The notes below the pieces were generated by a model, which had not been told where the DNA came from, did not search any database, and worked only from the letters and a program-made list of their open reading frames with translations. From an uncultured Heliobacteriaceae bacterium (GTDB lineage Bacteria > Acidobacteriota > Blastocatellia > RBC074), in contig CAZBPH010000001.1 in assembly GCA_964493645.1 (NCBI GenBank), positions 7,974 to 70,392 on the forward strand: a stretch of 62,419 nucleotides of DNA, in the 5' to 3' direction. A program made the translations under genes and the position numbers. Position 1 is the first letter of the stretch; the number at the start of each line of letters is the position of its first letter. Of this stretch, positions 1-9,095 are shown in pieces.

Positions 1-176
1 CGATTGAAGACAGTGATGGCTTCGCTGAACTGTCTTCGGGCGAGCAGGGCAATCCCCTCATCCAGCAATCTCTCTCTCTGCTGTAGCTGCAGCGAAGGCC
101 GGGATGCGCCCAGGCTGACCAACGCGCCGAGGCTCAAAACCAGGACCAGAAAAGGAGAGCTGATCTTTCCCAGCAT
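1..176 (-). CDS. 5' end of an exported protein (signal-peptide-like N-terminus; gene continues beyond the window start)
   Basis: A reverse-strand ATG at 176-174 opens a frame that stays open to base 1: MLGKISSPFLVLVLSLGALVSLGASRPSLQLQQRERLLDEGIALLARRQFSEAITVFN. The start is hydrophobic and signal-like, followed by a helical TPR-like stretch. It is absent from the ORF track only because truncation leaves it under 60 aa. No clear SD. Confidence 0.35.
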   Translation of the reverse strand, partial: MLGKISSPFLVLVLSLGALVSLGASRPSLQLQQRERLLDEGIALLARRQFSEAITVFN

Positions 177-186
177 GCATTCATAC

Positions 187-238
187 AAACAAATCCGTCC
201 TCTGCATGCAAATGAGCCGGCAGAGGACGGGTTTGTTT
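187..238 (-). terminator. Rho-independent-type stem-loop downstream of the TonB-dependent receptor gene
   Basis: 19-nt arms AAACAAATCCGTCCTCTGC (187-205) and GCAGAGGACGGGTTTGTTT (220-238) pair with a single A/G position (G-U possible in RNA) around a 14-nt loop. On the minus strand the stem sits 15 nt after the stop at 253-255 and ends in TTTGTTTGT. Confidence 0.55.
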
Positions 239-252
239 TCAATCGTTGAGCG

Positions 253-3200
253 CTACCACTGGACTCGCAGCGAGAGTTGAATGGTGCGCGGATTGTTTGC
301 CTGGACACCCAGATTCTGCAGCCCAGTTGTGAGATTCGGGTTGACATCGTTCGGGTGATTGAAAAGGTTGAAGAAATCGGCCGTGAAGCGAACGTTCCCA
401 TTTTCGAGGAACCTGAAGTTCTTGAAAAGAGAGACATCCGCGTTCCAGGCGCCCGGGCCAAGGAAGTTTGCGCGCGGGCTGTAGTTGTACAATTCACCAA
501 TCGGGACGTTGCGCACAGTACCGTTGGCCAGCGTCAGCGGAATCTGATTGTTGAAGTTCGGACCGAGCGGACGGGCGACCCGCTGGCTGCGGTCCACGGG
601 AACAAGCGCAGTCAGGTTTCCGCCAGTGACATTGGTCGCCCGGGTGGGATCGAAATCTCCCCTGAACCAAAGCCGCTGCTGAAGCCCGAAGATCGTCATT
701 TCGACGCGCTCATCCTTGCTGAGCTGGATATCGCCAAACTGATAGAGGCCTGGACTCGCGCTCAGCAGATTGCCGCTCTTCCAGTCTCCGATAGCCGCCA
801 CCTGCCATCCGCCGATTATCTGATTGACAAAGCCGGGGACATCCCCCCCGATCAGCTTGCCGCGACCAAACGGCAAATCAACGATGGCATTATAACGGAT
901 GCGATGCGGCGGGATTTCAGTCGACCTGAAATAGACCAGCCGCAGGCGTTCATCATAACTCAGGTTTGGCGAGCCGAACAATTGAATGTTCTCCGGCACC
1001 TGACCGCCGCCGCCACCCTGATTGATTCCGACGTTGCCGCTGGAAAATCCTCCGGCATCGCTGGTTGTCAGCGAACTGGTGAAGACATAGAACCATTGGA
1101 AGGCTATGCCATTGGAGAACCGGCGCTCGAGTTCGATCTGCCCGGAATGCGTGTTGGAAAAGCCGGTGCGGTTGACTGCATTGGCGACGTTCCAGTTGGA
1201 ATTGGCGCGCAGCAATGCACGATTCGAAGGAGGCGCCAGACCGGTACGCGAGACATAGTTATATTCCGCCTCCTGCGAGTTGAGCGCATACTTCTGTTCC
1301 AGATCGCGTCCATGCTCGCCGATATAGCTCACTCGCATGGCGGTTTTGAACGGCAACTCGCGCTCGAGACTGACGTGCCACGATTGCGCCCGCCCGTCTT
1401 TCCAGTTGCGACCATCCCAGACCATGATTTGTTGCGCAGCAGGAGAGATGGGGACGACTCCCTGTGTGTTGACCTGAGCACCTCCGATAAAATCAGATGC
1501 CCCGGGTCGTGCGATCAAAGGGTAGTTGAAGGTGCTGTTTTGAGCGTAAATATCATTGGTGAACCGGAGGTTCAACGGTGGATTCGTACGCGCCGCCTGA
1601 AGCAGTTGCGACAACGGCATCGTCCAGAAATATTCACCATAGCCGGCGCGTAACGCCATTTTGTCGCTCAGCTTGAAGGCCACTCCGATGCGCGGCCCGA
1701 AGTTGTTATTGTCCGGACGGTAGAGACTGCTCGGATATCCGACGGCGTCGGCCGTCGTATAGGTCAATCCGCGGGCAGACCATGATGCAAGCACCGAGGA
1801 CGGAACGCCCGGCAGGCTCTGAATCTGATTGTTGCCCGGTGTCAGCACTTCGAATTTAGTGGTTACGGATTCAGTGTCCGCTGTCACCAGGCGATTGAAC
1901 TTCTCGCGGTACGGCGACCACCTGTCCCAGCGCATTCCCAGCGTCAGAGTCAGGCGCGGCGTGACTTTCCACCGATCGGTGAAATAGAGTCCGGTTTCCG
2001 ATTGTCGGAAATAGAAGAACCCGCGATTGTACTGGTTAGATAGAAATGACGGCAGACCAAGCAGCAGCGACGCAAACCCGCTTCCGGTAAATGGCGCCGC
2101 AGCGTCGTCACTCGGACTGTAAAGCGAAGTCCAGCTGCCATCGAAATCGTGCGAACCCTGGTACTGCTGGAATTCGACGATGTTATTCCATTCACGCCGG
2201 TATTTGCCGCCGAACTGGATGGCATGCTGGCCTTTGTTCCATGTCACGTTGTCTTCGATCACGCCGCCTGTCAGTGCTTCATCCTTGCGATTGTCCGAAT
2301 CCCAGCCGAACCAGTCGTCGTAAATCGTGGGCCAGCCTGTGGCTCCAAATGGATTCGGCGTTCCCAGTCTGCTCGGCCAGTCAGTGAAGTCGGCAAGCGT
2401 TCCCGAACTCTTGTAAGAACGATGCATGCCGACCAGCAGTTCATTAACCAGGGTCGGGGAAAACGTGTGGTTCTGCGTGATCGAGACGTTATTGATATTT
2501 GCATCGCTCCGGGAGGTGCCCAGCCCGGCATCGACGTTGATAGGATTTCCGAAGACGCCGCCTTCGGTCGCGGATTTGCGCGTTGAGCGGGTCCACCTGA
2601 CCGACAGTGTATCGCTTTCAGAGAAGTGGTGGTCGACTTTCACTGTCAGGTTGTCGGAATCGTTAATGACCGGATAGACCTTGAAAATATTGTCCGCAAG
2701 GTAAGGATTGAGGTCGTTGGTCGGCAGAGCTGTCAGCGACTGCATCACTTTGGCAAAGGGGGAAATTCGGTTCGCCGGAATGATGTTGTTGGCGAAAGGC
2801 TGGCGCACGCCGTTGGGGCCGGTCGAAGTCAGTGGATCATAGATGATCCTCTGCTGCCCATTCGCGTCCACGAGGTTGCTCAGGTCGCCACCCCACATCG
2901 CAGCGGTCGGGACTGCCCCATAACCACCCATTGGCAGGGCGCTCTCACGGCTGCGCAATCCTTCGTACGCGGCGAACCAGAAGGTCTTGTTGCGGCCATC
3001 AAAAAACGGGCTCCCGCCCTGACCGAAGCGAGGCAGGAAGAGCGGGCCGCCAGCCGAAATGCCGAACTCATTGCGGATCAGCTTGGGAGGATCGAAGTCA
3101 ATCGGATTTTCCCGACGCCGAGCCAGCAATCCGGCGGCGTTGTTACGGTGCGTCTCGAAAGCTGTACCGTGAAATTCATTCGTGCCGCTGCGCGTGGCCA

Positions 3201-3885
3201 GAGTAACGGTGGCGGGGCGTGAGTAACGCGCATCAGAACCGACGGTCTCGACACGGAACTCCTCAACAGTGTCCAGACCGGGTTGCACGCGTGCGATGCC
3301 GCCGCCAAATCGATCGACCAGTGAAACACCATCGAGGGTGATTTCCAGCGATCCGACTTTCAGTCCGTTAACACGGGCGTTGCCACCACCCTCGATGCCT
3401 GGTGTCAAATCGAAGAGGGTGCTGATGTTACGCCCGTTGAGCGGCAGTTGTCGGATTCGCTGATAGTCCTTGATATCCGACACTTCGGCGCTCTCTGTTT
3501 GCACCAGCGGGGCAGCAGCCGTCACAGTGATAGTCTCCTGCTGCGATCCAACGACCAGTTCCACATCTAATTGTGAGTATTGCCCCACTTGAAGATCAAA
3601 CTTGCCTTCCCATTTCTTGAACCCGGAGGCTTCAATCGACAACAAGTACGACCCCAGTGGCAGGGCGCCGAAATAGTATTTGCCATCATTATTTGTGGTT
3701 GCCCTACGTTCGATGCTTGTGGCTGTGTTGGTCAGCGTGACGTTGGCGTTGCTGACCAAAGCTTTTTGCGAATCCTGCACCGTGCCCGTGACCGTCCCCG
3801 ATCCAGTCTGTGCATAGACTGCTCCCGCATCCAGAGAAAGCAACAGCGCCACGACCAGTCCAAACAATCTGCTAGTTCCAGTCAT
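253..3885 (-). CDS. TonB-dependent receptor-like outer-membrane protein with N-terminal carboxypeptidase-regulatory-like domain
   Basis: 1210-aa ORF with ATG at 3885 and GGAGGA at 3892-3897. Signal peptide MTGTSRLFGLVVALLLSLDAGAVYA/Q. The N-terminus (GTVTGTVQD..ANVTLTN..TTNNDGKYYFGALPLGSYLLSIEASGF) is typical of CarboxypepD_reg-TBDR proteins. It also has a plug-like QLPLNGRN and a C-terminal aromatic residue (LRVQW). Confidence 0.9.
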   Translation of the reverse strand: MTGTSRLFGLVVALLLSLDAGAVYAQTGSGTVTGTVQDSQKALVSNANVTLTNTATSIERRATTNNDGKYYFGALPLGSYLLSIEASGFKKWEGKFDLQVGQYSQLDVELVVGSQQETITVTAAAPLVQTESAEVSDIKDYQRIRQLPLNGRNISTLFDLTPGIEGGGNARVNGLKVGSLEITLDGVSLVDRFGGGIARVQPGLDTVEEFRVETVGSDARYSRPATVTLATRSGTNEFHGTAFETHRNNAAGLLARRRENPIDFDPPKLIRNEFGISAGGPLFLPRFGQGGSPFFDGRNKTFWFAAYEGLRSRESALPMGGYGAVPTAAMWGGDLSNLVDANGQQRIIYDPLTSTGPNGVRQPFANNIIPANRISPFAKVMQSLTALPTNDLNPYLADNIFKVYPVINDSDNLTVKVDHHFSESDTLSVRWTRSTRKSATEGGVFGNPINVDAGLGTSRSDANINNVSITQNHTFSPTLVNELLVGMHRSYKSSGTLADFTDWPSRLGTPNPFGATGWPTIYDDWFGWDSDNRKDEALTGGVIEDNVTWNKGQHAIQFGGKYRREWNNIVEFQQYQGSHDFDGSWTSLYSPSDDAAAPFTGSGFASLLLGLPSFLSNQYNRGFFYFRQSETGLYFTDRWKVTPRLTLTLGMRWDRWSPYREKFNRLVTADTESVTTKFEVLTPGNNQIQSLPGVPSSVLASWSARGLTYTTADAVGYPSSLYRPDNNNFGPRIGVAFKLSDKMALRAGYGEYFWTMPLSQLLQAARTNPPLNLRFTNDIYAQNSTFNYPLIARPGASDFIGGAQVNTQGVVPISPAAQQIMVWDGRNWKDGRAQSWHVSLERELPFKTAMRVSYIGEHGRDLEQKYALNSQEAEYNYVSRTGLAPPSNRALLRANSNWNVANAVNRTGFSNTHSGQIELERRFSNGIAFQWFYVFTSSLTTSDAGGFSSGNVGINQGGGGGQVPENIQLFGSPNLSYDERLRLVYFRSTEIPPHRIRYNAIVDLPFGRGKLIGGDVPGFVNQIIGGWQVAAIGDWKSGNLLSASPGLYQFGDIQLSKDERVEMTIFGLQQRLWFRGDFDPTRATNVTGGNLTALVPVDRSQRVARPLGPNFNNQIPLTLANGTVRNVPIGELYNYSPRANFLGPGAWNADVSLFKNFRFLENGNVRFTADFFNLFNHPNDVNPNLTTGLQNLGVQANNPRTIQLSLRVQW

Positions 3886-3931
3886 CTATATCCTCCGTGA
3901 AAAAAGACTAAAGTTACTTTTCAGGTACGGG

Positions 3932-3967
3932 GGAGCGGCAGTAAATCATCCCAGCATATGCCGCTCC
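3932..3967 (-). other. Intergenic stem-loop between the ROK regulator gene and the receptor gene
   Basis: Perfect 9-bp arms GGAGCGGCA (3932-3940) and TGCCGCTCC (3959-3967) with an 18-nt loop. No T-tract follows on the minus strand, so this may be a weak terminator, an attenuator or an RNA processing site. Confidence 0.3.
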
Positions 3968-3990
3968 TCTCTTTACCGATTCATTTGCAG

Positions 3991-5226
3991 CTAGCCGAGA
4001 CCTGGTGCAGAGAAAGCCCTGGACAAGACCAGAGCGATGGCTCCGACCAGACTCGGTATATCTTTGAGGGTAGAAGGAATAATCGAGACGTGACTCGAAT
4101 AGAAGCGAGTTACTTGAGAGGCCAGCACCCGGCGGATTTCCGGGTAAATGATCTCCCAGGCTTCGGAGATAACGCCACCCAGGACGATAACTCCAGGATT
4201 AACCGAATAGATCACAGGGACCAAACCACGTCCCAGATATGTAGCCGTTTGCCGCAGCGCAGCGATGGCCTGAGGATCACCCTGTAAACCGCGCGCCACA
4301 ACATCTCTCATCGTCACCGTCGCGTCCTCAGCATGGTTGCCTTCCGCGCGACGCATTTCACGGTAACGTTCGATGGTCGCACGATCGGAGGCAAAGACTT
4401 CAAGGCAGCCGCGTCCGCCACAAATGCAGGCTGGGCCCTCGGGATCAAGTGAGATGTGACCGAACTCACCTGCGCCGTGTAATGACCCGTGATACAACTG
4501 CCCGCGGATAACTATCCCGGCGCCGATACCTTCCTCTATGTCGAGAAAGACCAGATCCCGCGGTTGAGGTGAGGCGTGATGTCCGAACCATAACTCGGCC
4601 AGCGCGGCCAGCCTCGCCCCATTTTCGAAATAGGTCGGTAAATTCAGGTTCAACGCCTGCCTCAGCATCGCCCCGACCGGCACATCATCGCCCCACCCAA
4701 GGCTCTCGCCGGCCAGCACTCTGCCCTCCACCGGATCGATGAGGCCGATCAGACTGACCCCGATCCCTTCAACTCGCTCTTTCGCGGGACTGGACTGCAG
4801 GATCTTCCTGATATTGACAGCTACTTTTTCAAGAGCGCGCTGTGGATCGGCATCATTCTCCGTTGAACTTGAACGCAATATCCGCCCGTTGAAATCACTG
4901 AGCGCAACTGTCGTCATCCGTGATCCCACGTCCACCCCTACAGCATATGCCTTATCCGGGTTGAGATGCAGGTAACGCTTCTTGCGTCCCCCATTTGGCG
5001 AGGCAGCGGCCACACCAAGCTCGTATACGTATTCGTTGTCGAGCAGCCGAGCAACGATCTTGGAGACCGTACTCCCTTCCAGTTCAGTCCACTCCGCTAT
5101 CTCGATGCGCGAGATAGGCTGACGCTCGCGCACCACATTAAGCACCAGAACCTCATTCAGATCACGCAATGCCTGATGAGTGGCTCGTTCCACGTTGTGG
5201 ATGTCGATCTTCTTCACGGTGGTCAA
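3991..5226 (-). CDS. ROK-family transcriptional regulator (NagC/XylR-like)
   Basis: 411-aa ORF with an N-terminal winged-helix segment (ISRIEIAEWTELEGSTVSKIVARLL). The ROK core has YHGSLHGAGEFGH and the zinc motif CICGGRGCLE. The track start is TTG (5226-5224); GTG at 5217 is an alternative and there is no early in-frame ATG. Confidence 0.88.
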   Translation of the reverse strand: MTTVKKIDIHNVERATHQALRDLNEVLVLNVVRERQPISRIEIAEWTELEGSTVSKIVARLLDNEYVYELGVAAASPNGGRKKRYLHLNPDKAYAVGVDVGSRMTTVALSDFNGRILRSSSTENDADPQRALEKVAVNIRKILQSSPAKERVEGIGVSLIGLIDPVEGRVLAGESLGWGDDVPVGAMLRQALNLNLPTYFENGARLAALAELWFGHHASPQPRDLVFLDIEEGIGAGIVIRGQLYHGSLHGAGEFGHISLDPEGPACICGGRGCLEVFASDRATIERYREMRRAEGNHAEDATVTMRDVVARGLQGDPQAIAALRQTATYLGRGLVPVIYSVNPGVIVLGGVISEAWEIIYPEIRRVLASQVTRFYSSHVSIIPSTLKDIPSLVGAIALVLSRAFSAPGLG

Positions 5227-5363
5227 TATTTTTCTTCAATACTATTGGCTAATTATTATCCCAGCAAAGTCGAATAATTCTTCGGTTGGTTAATGTCCTG
5301 CGGAATTTAACCTGTCCAAAAATAACTGTCAAGCGAAAACACTGATAACTGCAAGCCGTTGAA

Positions 5364-5391
5364 TTGACATTTGATACATGATTAATATAAT
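5364..5391 (+). promoter_or_regulatory. Near-consensus sigma70-type promoter for the M20/GH20/permease operon
   Basis: TTGACA (5364-5369), a 16-nt spacer and TATAAT (5386-5391) lie about 50 nt upstream of the ATG at 5442. The site is in the divergent intergenic region shared with the ROK regulator. Confidence 0.5.
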
Positions 5392-5441
5392 TGCTTCCGT
5401 TCCGACATCAACTAACCCGCAACAATTAAAAAAGGAACTTT

Positions 5442-6800
5442 ATGCTCAGCAACGAGATAACCGCGGAACGAGAGTATCTTGAGCGACATTTGGCGGAATT
5501 GGCGCGCACGCGGCGAGATAAACTGATCCAAACCATCGTTGAACTGGTGCGGATTCCTTCTGAAAACCGCCCGCCAGAGGGTTCCGAAGGCGCATGCCAG
5601 CGCTATGTCTTTGACCATTTGAAACGGCTCGAACTCGATGCGGAGATATACGATCTGCTTGAAGTAGAAGGGATGTGTGAACATCCCGAATTCAAGGCCG
5701 GGCGCAATTACGCCGACCGCCCGAATGTCAGGGCAGTATGGCGTGGCAGTGGAGGCGGTCGCTCACTGTTGCTTTCCGGTCATATCGACACCGTGCCTCG
5801 CGGTTCGGAGCCCTGGCAACGGGACCCCTTCAGCGGAACGGTGGAAGGCAATCGCCTGTACGGATTAGGCTCAAATGATATGAAAGGCGGGATAGCTTCA
5901 TTTCTGCTGGCGGTGGAAATACTCAAAGAAGCCGGTGTACAGCTGCGCGGTGATCTGCTTGTTGAAACGATCGTCGACGAGGAGTTCGGCGGCGTCAATG
6001 GCACTTTGGCGGCTCGGCTGCATGGCCATAATGCAGATGCAGCCATCATCTGCGAGCCAAGTCAGCATATGGTCTGCCCTGCTCAAACCGGGGGGCGAAC
6101 GGTGCACATCATATTACGTGGCGATAATGCAGGTATCCTCTATGATGATGAGCCTCCTGTTCAGGTCACCGAGCAGCTACGCTACATGCTCGGCAAGATC
6201 GAAGAGTTCGCCGGGCAGCGGCGCAAGACAACGACCATCCATCCTCTTTACTCAGAAAGCGCTGACCCGGTTCCGGTATGGGTCACAAAAGTCTCGTGCG
6301 GCGGCTGGGGCACTGACGAACCGATCACTATTCCTTTAAGCTGCAAGATCGAGCTTTACTGGCAAACGATGCCGGGCGAAAAGCAGGAGGTGATAGAGGG
6401 TGAATTCTTCCGCTGGCTGGAAGACTGTGTGGCGGCGCGCCCCAGGCTCTTCCCCGTCAAGCCTGCGGTGAGTTTTCCGATTCGCTGGCTTCCCGGCTCC
6501 GCAATCGACGGGCAATCGGAACTGGTGGACGAGTTGAGCGATACGTTCCGGCAGGTTACCGGCGCAGAGCCTCTCGTGCGAGGAATCGGCGGGCCATGCG
6601 ATATGTACGTCTTCCATCAACACTTCGCGACGCCGGCTGTACTGTTCGGGCCGCGCGGCGGCAACACTCACGCGCCGGATGAATGGGTCGATATCGATTC
6701 GGCCCTCGTGGTGGTTGAAACCCTGGCGCGTTTTATCTGCCGCTGGTGTGGAGTGGAAATCTCGCAGGCTGGAAGCCTGCGCTCCCAGGATTCTATGTAA
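5442..6800 (+). CDS. M20-family metallopeptidase / deacylase (ArgE/DapE-like)
   Basis: 452-aa ORF with ATG preceded by AAAGGAA. M20 motifs are present: LLLSGHIDTVP, GSNDMKGG and VDEEFGGVNG. No signal peptide. Confidence 0.85.
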   Translation: MLSNEITAEREYLERHLAELARTRRDKLIQTIVELVRIPSENRPPEGSEGACQRYVFDHLKRLELDAEIYDLLEVEGMCEHPEFKAGRNYADRPNVRAVWRGSGGGRSLLLSGHIDTVPRGSEPWQRDPFSGTVEGNRLYGLGSNDMKGGIASFLLAVEILKEAGVQLRGDLLVETIVDEEFGGVNGTLAARLHGHNADAAIICEPSQHMVCPAQTGGRTVHIILRGDNAGILYDDEPPVQVTEQLRYMLGKIEEFAGQRRKTTTIHPLYSESADPVPVWVTKVSCGGWGTDEPITIPLSCKIELYWQTMPGEKQEVIEGEFFRWLEDCVAARPRLFPVKPAVSFPIRWLPGSAIDGQSELVDELSDTFRQVTGAEPLVRGIGGPCDMYVFHQHFATPAVLFGPRGGNTHAPDEWVDIDSALVVVETLARFICRWCGVEISQAGSLRSQDSM

Positions 6801-6842
6801 GTCCTGATTAAATGAATGGGATGTTGATAAGGAGTCAGCCAC

Positions 6843-9095
6843 ATGAAATTCAGAGCAACGGTTCTCTTCCTGCTTTGTTCAATCACCATCGCAACTGCGC
6901 AGACCGCACACCAGCCGACAGACCTCTTCCTGCGTGGTTACTCTGTAATACCCACGCCGCAAAAGGTAGAACTTCAGGAAGGCGATATCGAAATCGATGA
7001 ATCCTGGGGGTATGATGCAGGCGATCTCACCCGGAACAACATTGCTATCCATACGCTGATCGAGGGTCTGAAAGACTTCCACTCGCTGAATCTCAAGCCC
7101 GCCAATCGCCAGACCAGGAATGTCATTCGCCTGGCCGTTGTGCAAGGCACGGTCAAAACCAGTAATGATGCGGAACTCGGGCAGCAAGGTTACCGGCTGA
7201 AGATCGGTCCCGACCTGATCCAGCTCACCGGCAATGCCGACCAGGGGCTCTTCTATGGCGTTCAGACATTGTTGCAACTGCTCCGACCGGACCCGCGTGG
7301 CCGTTTGATGCTGCCCGCATCCAATATCGAGGACTGGCCAAGGCTGCAACTGCGCTTCCTGCACTGGGACACCAAGCACCATCAGGATCGCATGGAGACG
7401 CTGAAGCGATACCTGGACTGGGCGGCCCGGTTCAAGGTCAACATGATCGGCTTTGAACTCGAAGATAAATTCGAGTACCCGTCCAATCCGATCATCGGCG
7501 CGCCTGGAGCTTTCACCATCGCTGAACTACAGGAGATCGTCAAATACGGCCTCGAGCGTTTCATACAGGTAGTGCCGCAGATTCAATCTCCGGCGCACAT
7601 GGCATACGTGTTGAAGCACCCGCAGTTCGCTCACCTGCGCGCCGACGGCAACAATTATCAGGTCGATTTGTGCAATGAAGAGAGCTACAAACTGATCTTT
7701 CAGATGTACGACGATGTCATCAAGGCGACCCGGGGAGTTGACTATTTCTTTGTCTCAACAGATGAAATCTACTACGCGGGAATCGGCGCCAGGTGTGAGC
7801 AGCCCTACACGCCTGAACGACACAGCCTGAAATGGGCTGAGTTCGCTCGCCGGGCTCGTGATTTCCTCGCCACTCGCCAGCGAAAGATGCTGGCCTGGGT
7901 CGAGTATCCCCTGCTGCCGGAGCATGTACGAATGCTTCCGTCTGACATCATTGATGGAGTGATCGGCGAAGCCGAATACATCAAGACGGAAAATGAAATG
8001 GGTATGCGCCAGTTGGCTTATGTATCGATGCAGGGCGCGGAACTGCTTTTTCCCAATCATCTGCCCGCCTTTATGACGCTGGGGGGCGATCTGGGTCCTT
8101 CGGAAGGGCGGCTCAAATCAGCCTCCCAGACAATCTCTACCGGCAGAGTCTGGCAGGCAAACCCGATCGGAGTTTTTGGCGCAGCCTGGGGGGACTCAGG
8201 ACTGCACAGTGAGAGTTTCTGGCTCGGCTGGTCAATTGTGGCCGAGTATGGTTGGACACCCGGAATCCCGCCTGTTGAACAGGCCGTAACCGAGTTTATC
8301 AAAGCCTACTATGGCCCGCGGGCTACTGATATGGTCGAAGTCTATCGCGGGCTTCAGATGCAGGCGCGCTTCTATGAGCGCTCGTGGGATCGCGTCATCT
8401 CCACGGCCAGGGGACCGGGCTATGGGAATTCCGACGGCAAAGGGATCGGAACGACGCGATTTGATCACACGCTGCCACAGCCGGGCCTGCCAACGATGCC
8501 GGGACTGCGCTTCACGCCGGTCTATACGGCAGGGCGGTACGGCAAACTGGTCGAGGATGCAGTTCGCTCAGCACAGGAAAATACAGTCCTCGAACACCGC
8601 CTTTATCAGAATATGGCGAACGCCGACCGCAATCGCTACAACCTCGAAGTCTTCCTCTCACTTGCCAAACTGACAGGCCATCACAACCGGCTGCTGCTTG
8701 GAATGAAGGAGATCGAAGACAATTTGAGAGCGGCGCGCGAAGAGGCTGAGAAGAACTCTCCCCAGGTAGCCGTAGGCAGGCTGGTCTCCGCCTACGATCT
8801 GGCCCGCAACATAGTCGAGGAACGACACAGAACCTTCCGGGACCTGGAGAAAGTGTGGGAGAAGAGCCGGTTTCCCAAAGGCCGCGAAGTCAATGGCCGT
8901 AAATTTCATCACGTGCTGGACGACACCAAGGACCACGTCGCTGATCGCCGCCCGGACCTGAGTTACCTGATTGCGCCGGAGGAGAGCATCGAGCTCGAAA
9001 AGTGGATGAAGAATCTGGCAGCGGTAATAGAGGAGTATGCAAAGAAGAACAAAGTGCCGGTACGGGCGCTTCAGGAGCCGAGGCTGGAGAATTGA
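6843..9095 (+). CDS. Secreted GH20-like glycoside hydrolase (beta-N-acetylhexosaminidase-like) with a helical C-terminal extension
   Basis: 750-aa ORF with AAGGAG RBS and signal peptide MKFRATVLFLLCSITIATA/Q. It has a GH20b-like VIPTPQKVEL, IEDWPRLQLRFLHWDTKHH at the start of the TIM barrel, and a D-E pair in FFVSTDEIYYAG. The family call rests on motif resemblance only. Confidence 0.55.
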   Translation: MKFRATVLFLLCSITIATAQTAHQPTDLFLRGYSVIPTPQKVELQEGDIEIDESWGYDAGDLTRNNIAIHTLIEGLKDFHSLNLKPANRQTRNVIRLAVVQGTVKTSNDAELGQQGYRLKIGPDLIQLTGNADQGLFYGVQTLLQLLRPDPRGRLMLPASNIEDWPRLQLRFLHWDTKHHQDRMETLKRYLDWAARFKVNMIGFELEDKFEYPSNPIIGAPGAFTIAELQEIVKYGLERFIQVVPQIQSPAHMAYVLKHPQFAHLRADGNNYQVDLCNEESYKLIFQMYDDVIKATRGVDYFFVSTDEIYYAGIGARCEQPYTPERHSLKWAEFARRARDFLATRQRKMLAWVEYPLLPEHVRMLPSDIIDGVIGEAEYIKTENEMGMRQLAYVSMQGAELLFPNHLPAFMTLGGDLGPSEGRLKSASQTISTGRVWQANPIGVFGAAWGDSGLHSESFWLGWSIVAEYGWTPGIPPVEQAVTEFIKAYYGPRATDMVEVYRGLQMQARFYERSWDRVISTARGPGYGNSDGKGIGTTRFDHTLPQPGLPTMPGLRFTPVYTAGRYGKLVEDAVRSAQENTVLEHRLYQNMANADRNRYNLEVFLSLAKLTGHHNRLLLGMKEIEDNLRAAREEAEKNSPQVAVGRLVSAYDLARNIVEERHRTFRDLEKVWEKSRFPKGREVNGRKFHHVLDDTKDHVADRRPDLSYLIAPEESIELEKWMKNLAAVIEEYAKKNKVPVRALQEPRLEN

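Noticed and set aside
4-249. 81-aa plus-strand ORF at the window start.
   Set aside because: Its Cys/Ser/Arg-rich translation has no motifs. It overlaps a more plausible minus-strand signal-peptide ORF and the terminator hairpin.
277-1653. Long antisense ORFs opposite real genes: 277-1653(+), 15833-17020(-), 21235-22326(-), 33728-34864(-), 37941-38726(-), 39119-40051(+), 45606-46379(-) and 61073-61870(-).
   Set aside because: Each lies entirely within a longer ORF on the other strand that has clear family motifs. Their translations are Arg/Ala/Gly/Pro-rich and low in information, with no RBS or recognisable domains. They are typical shadow ORFs of a GC-biased coding strand.
9002-9094. N-terminal extensions of the track ORFs into upstream genes: 9002, 15542, 24481, 25779, 36001 and 29448. 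Also the non-ATG track starts at 33734 (TTG), 40438 (GTG) and 42594 (TTG).
   Set aside because: The extensions overlap the preceding CDS or lack an RBS. Internal ATGs preceded by SD-like sequences give proper signal peptides or family-typical N-termini. Exact starts remain uncertain without N-terminal data.
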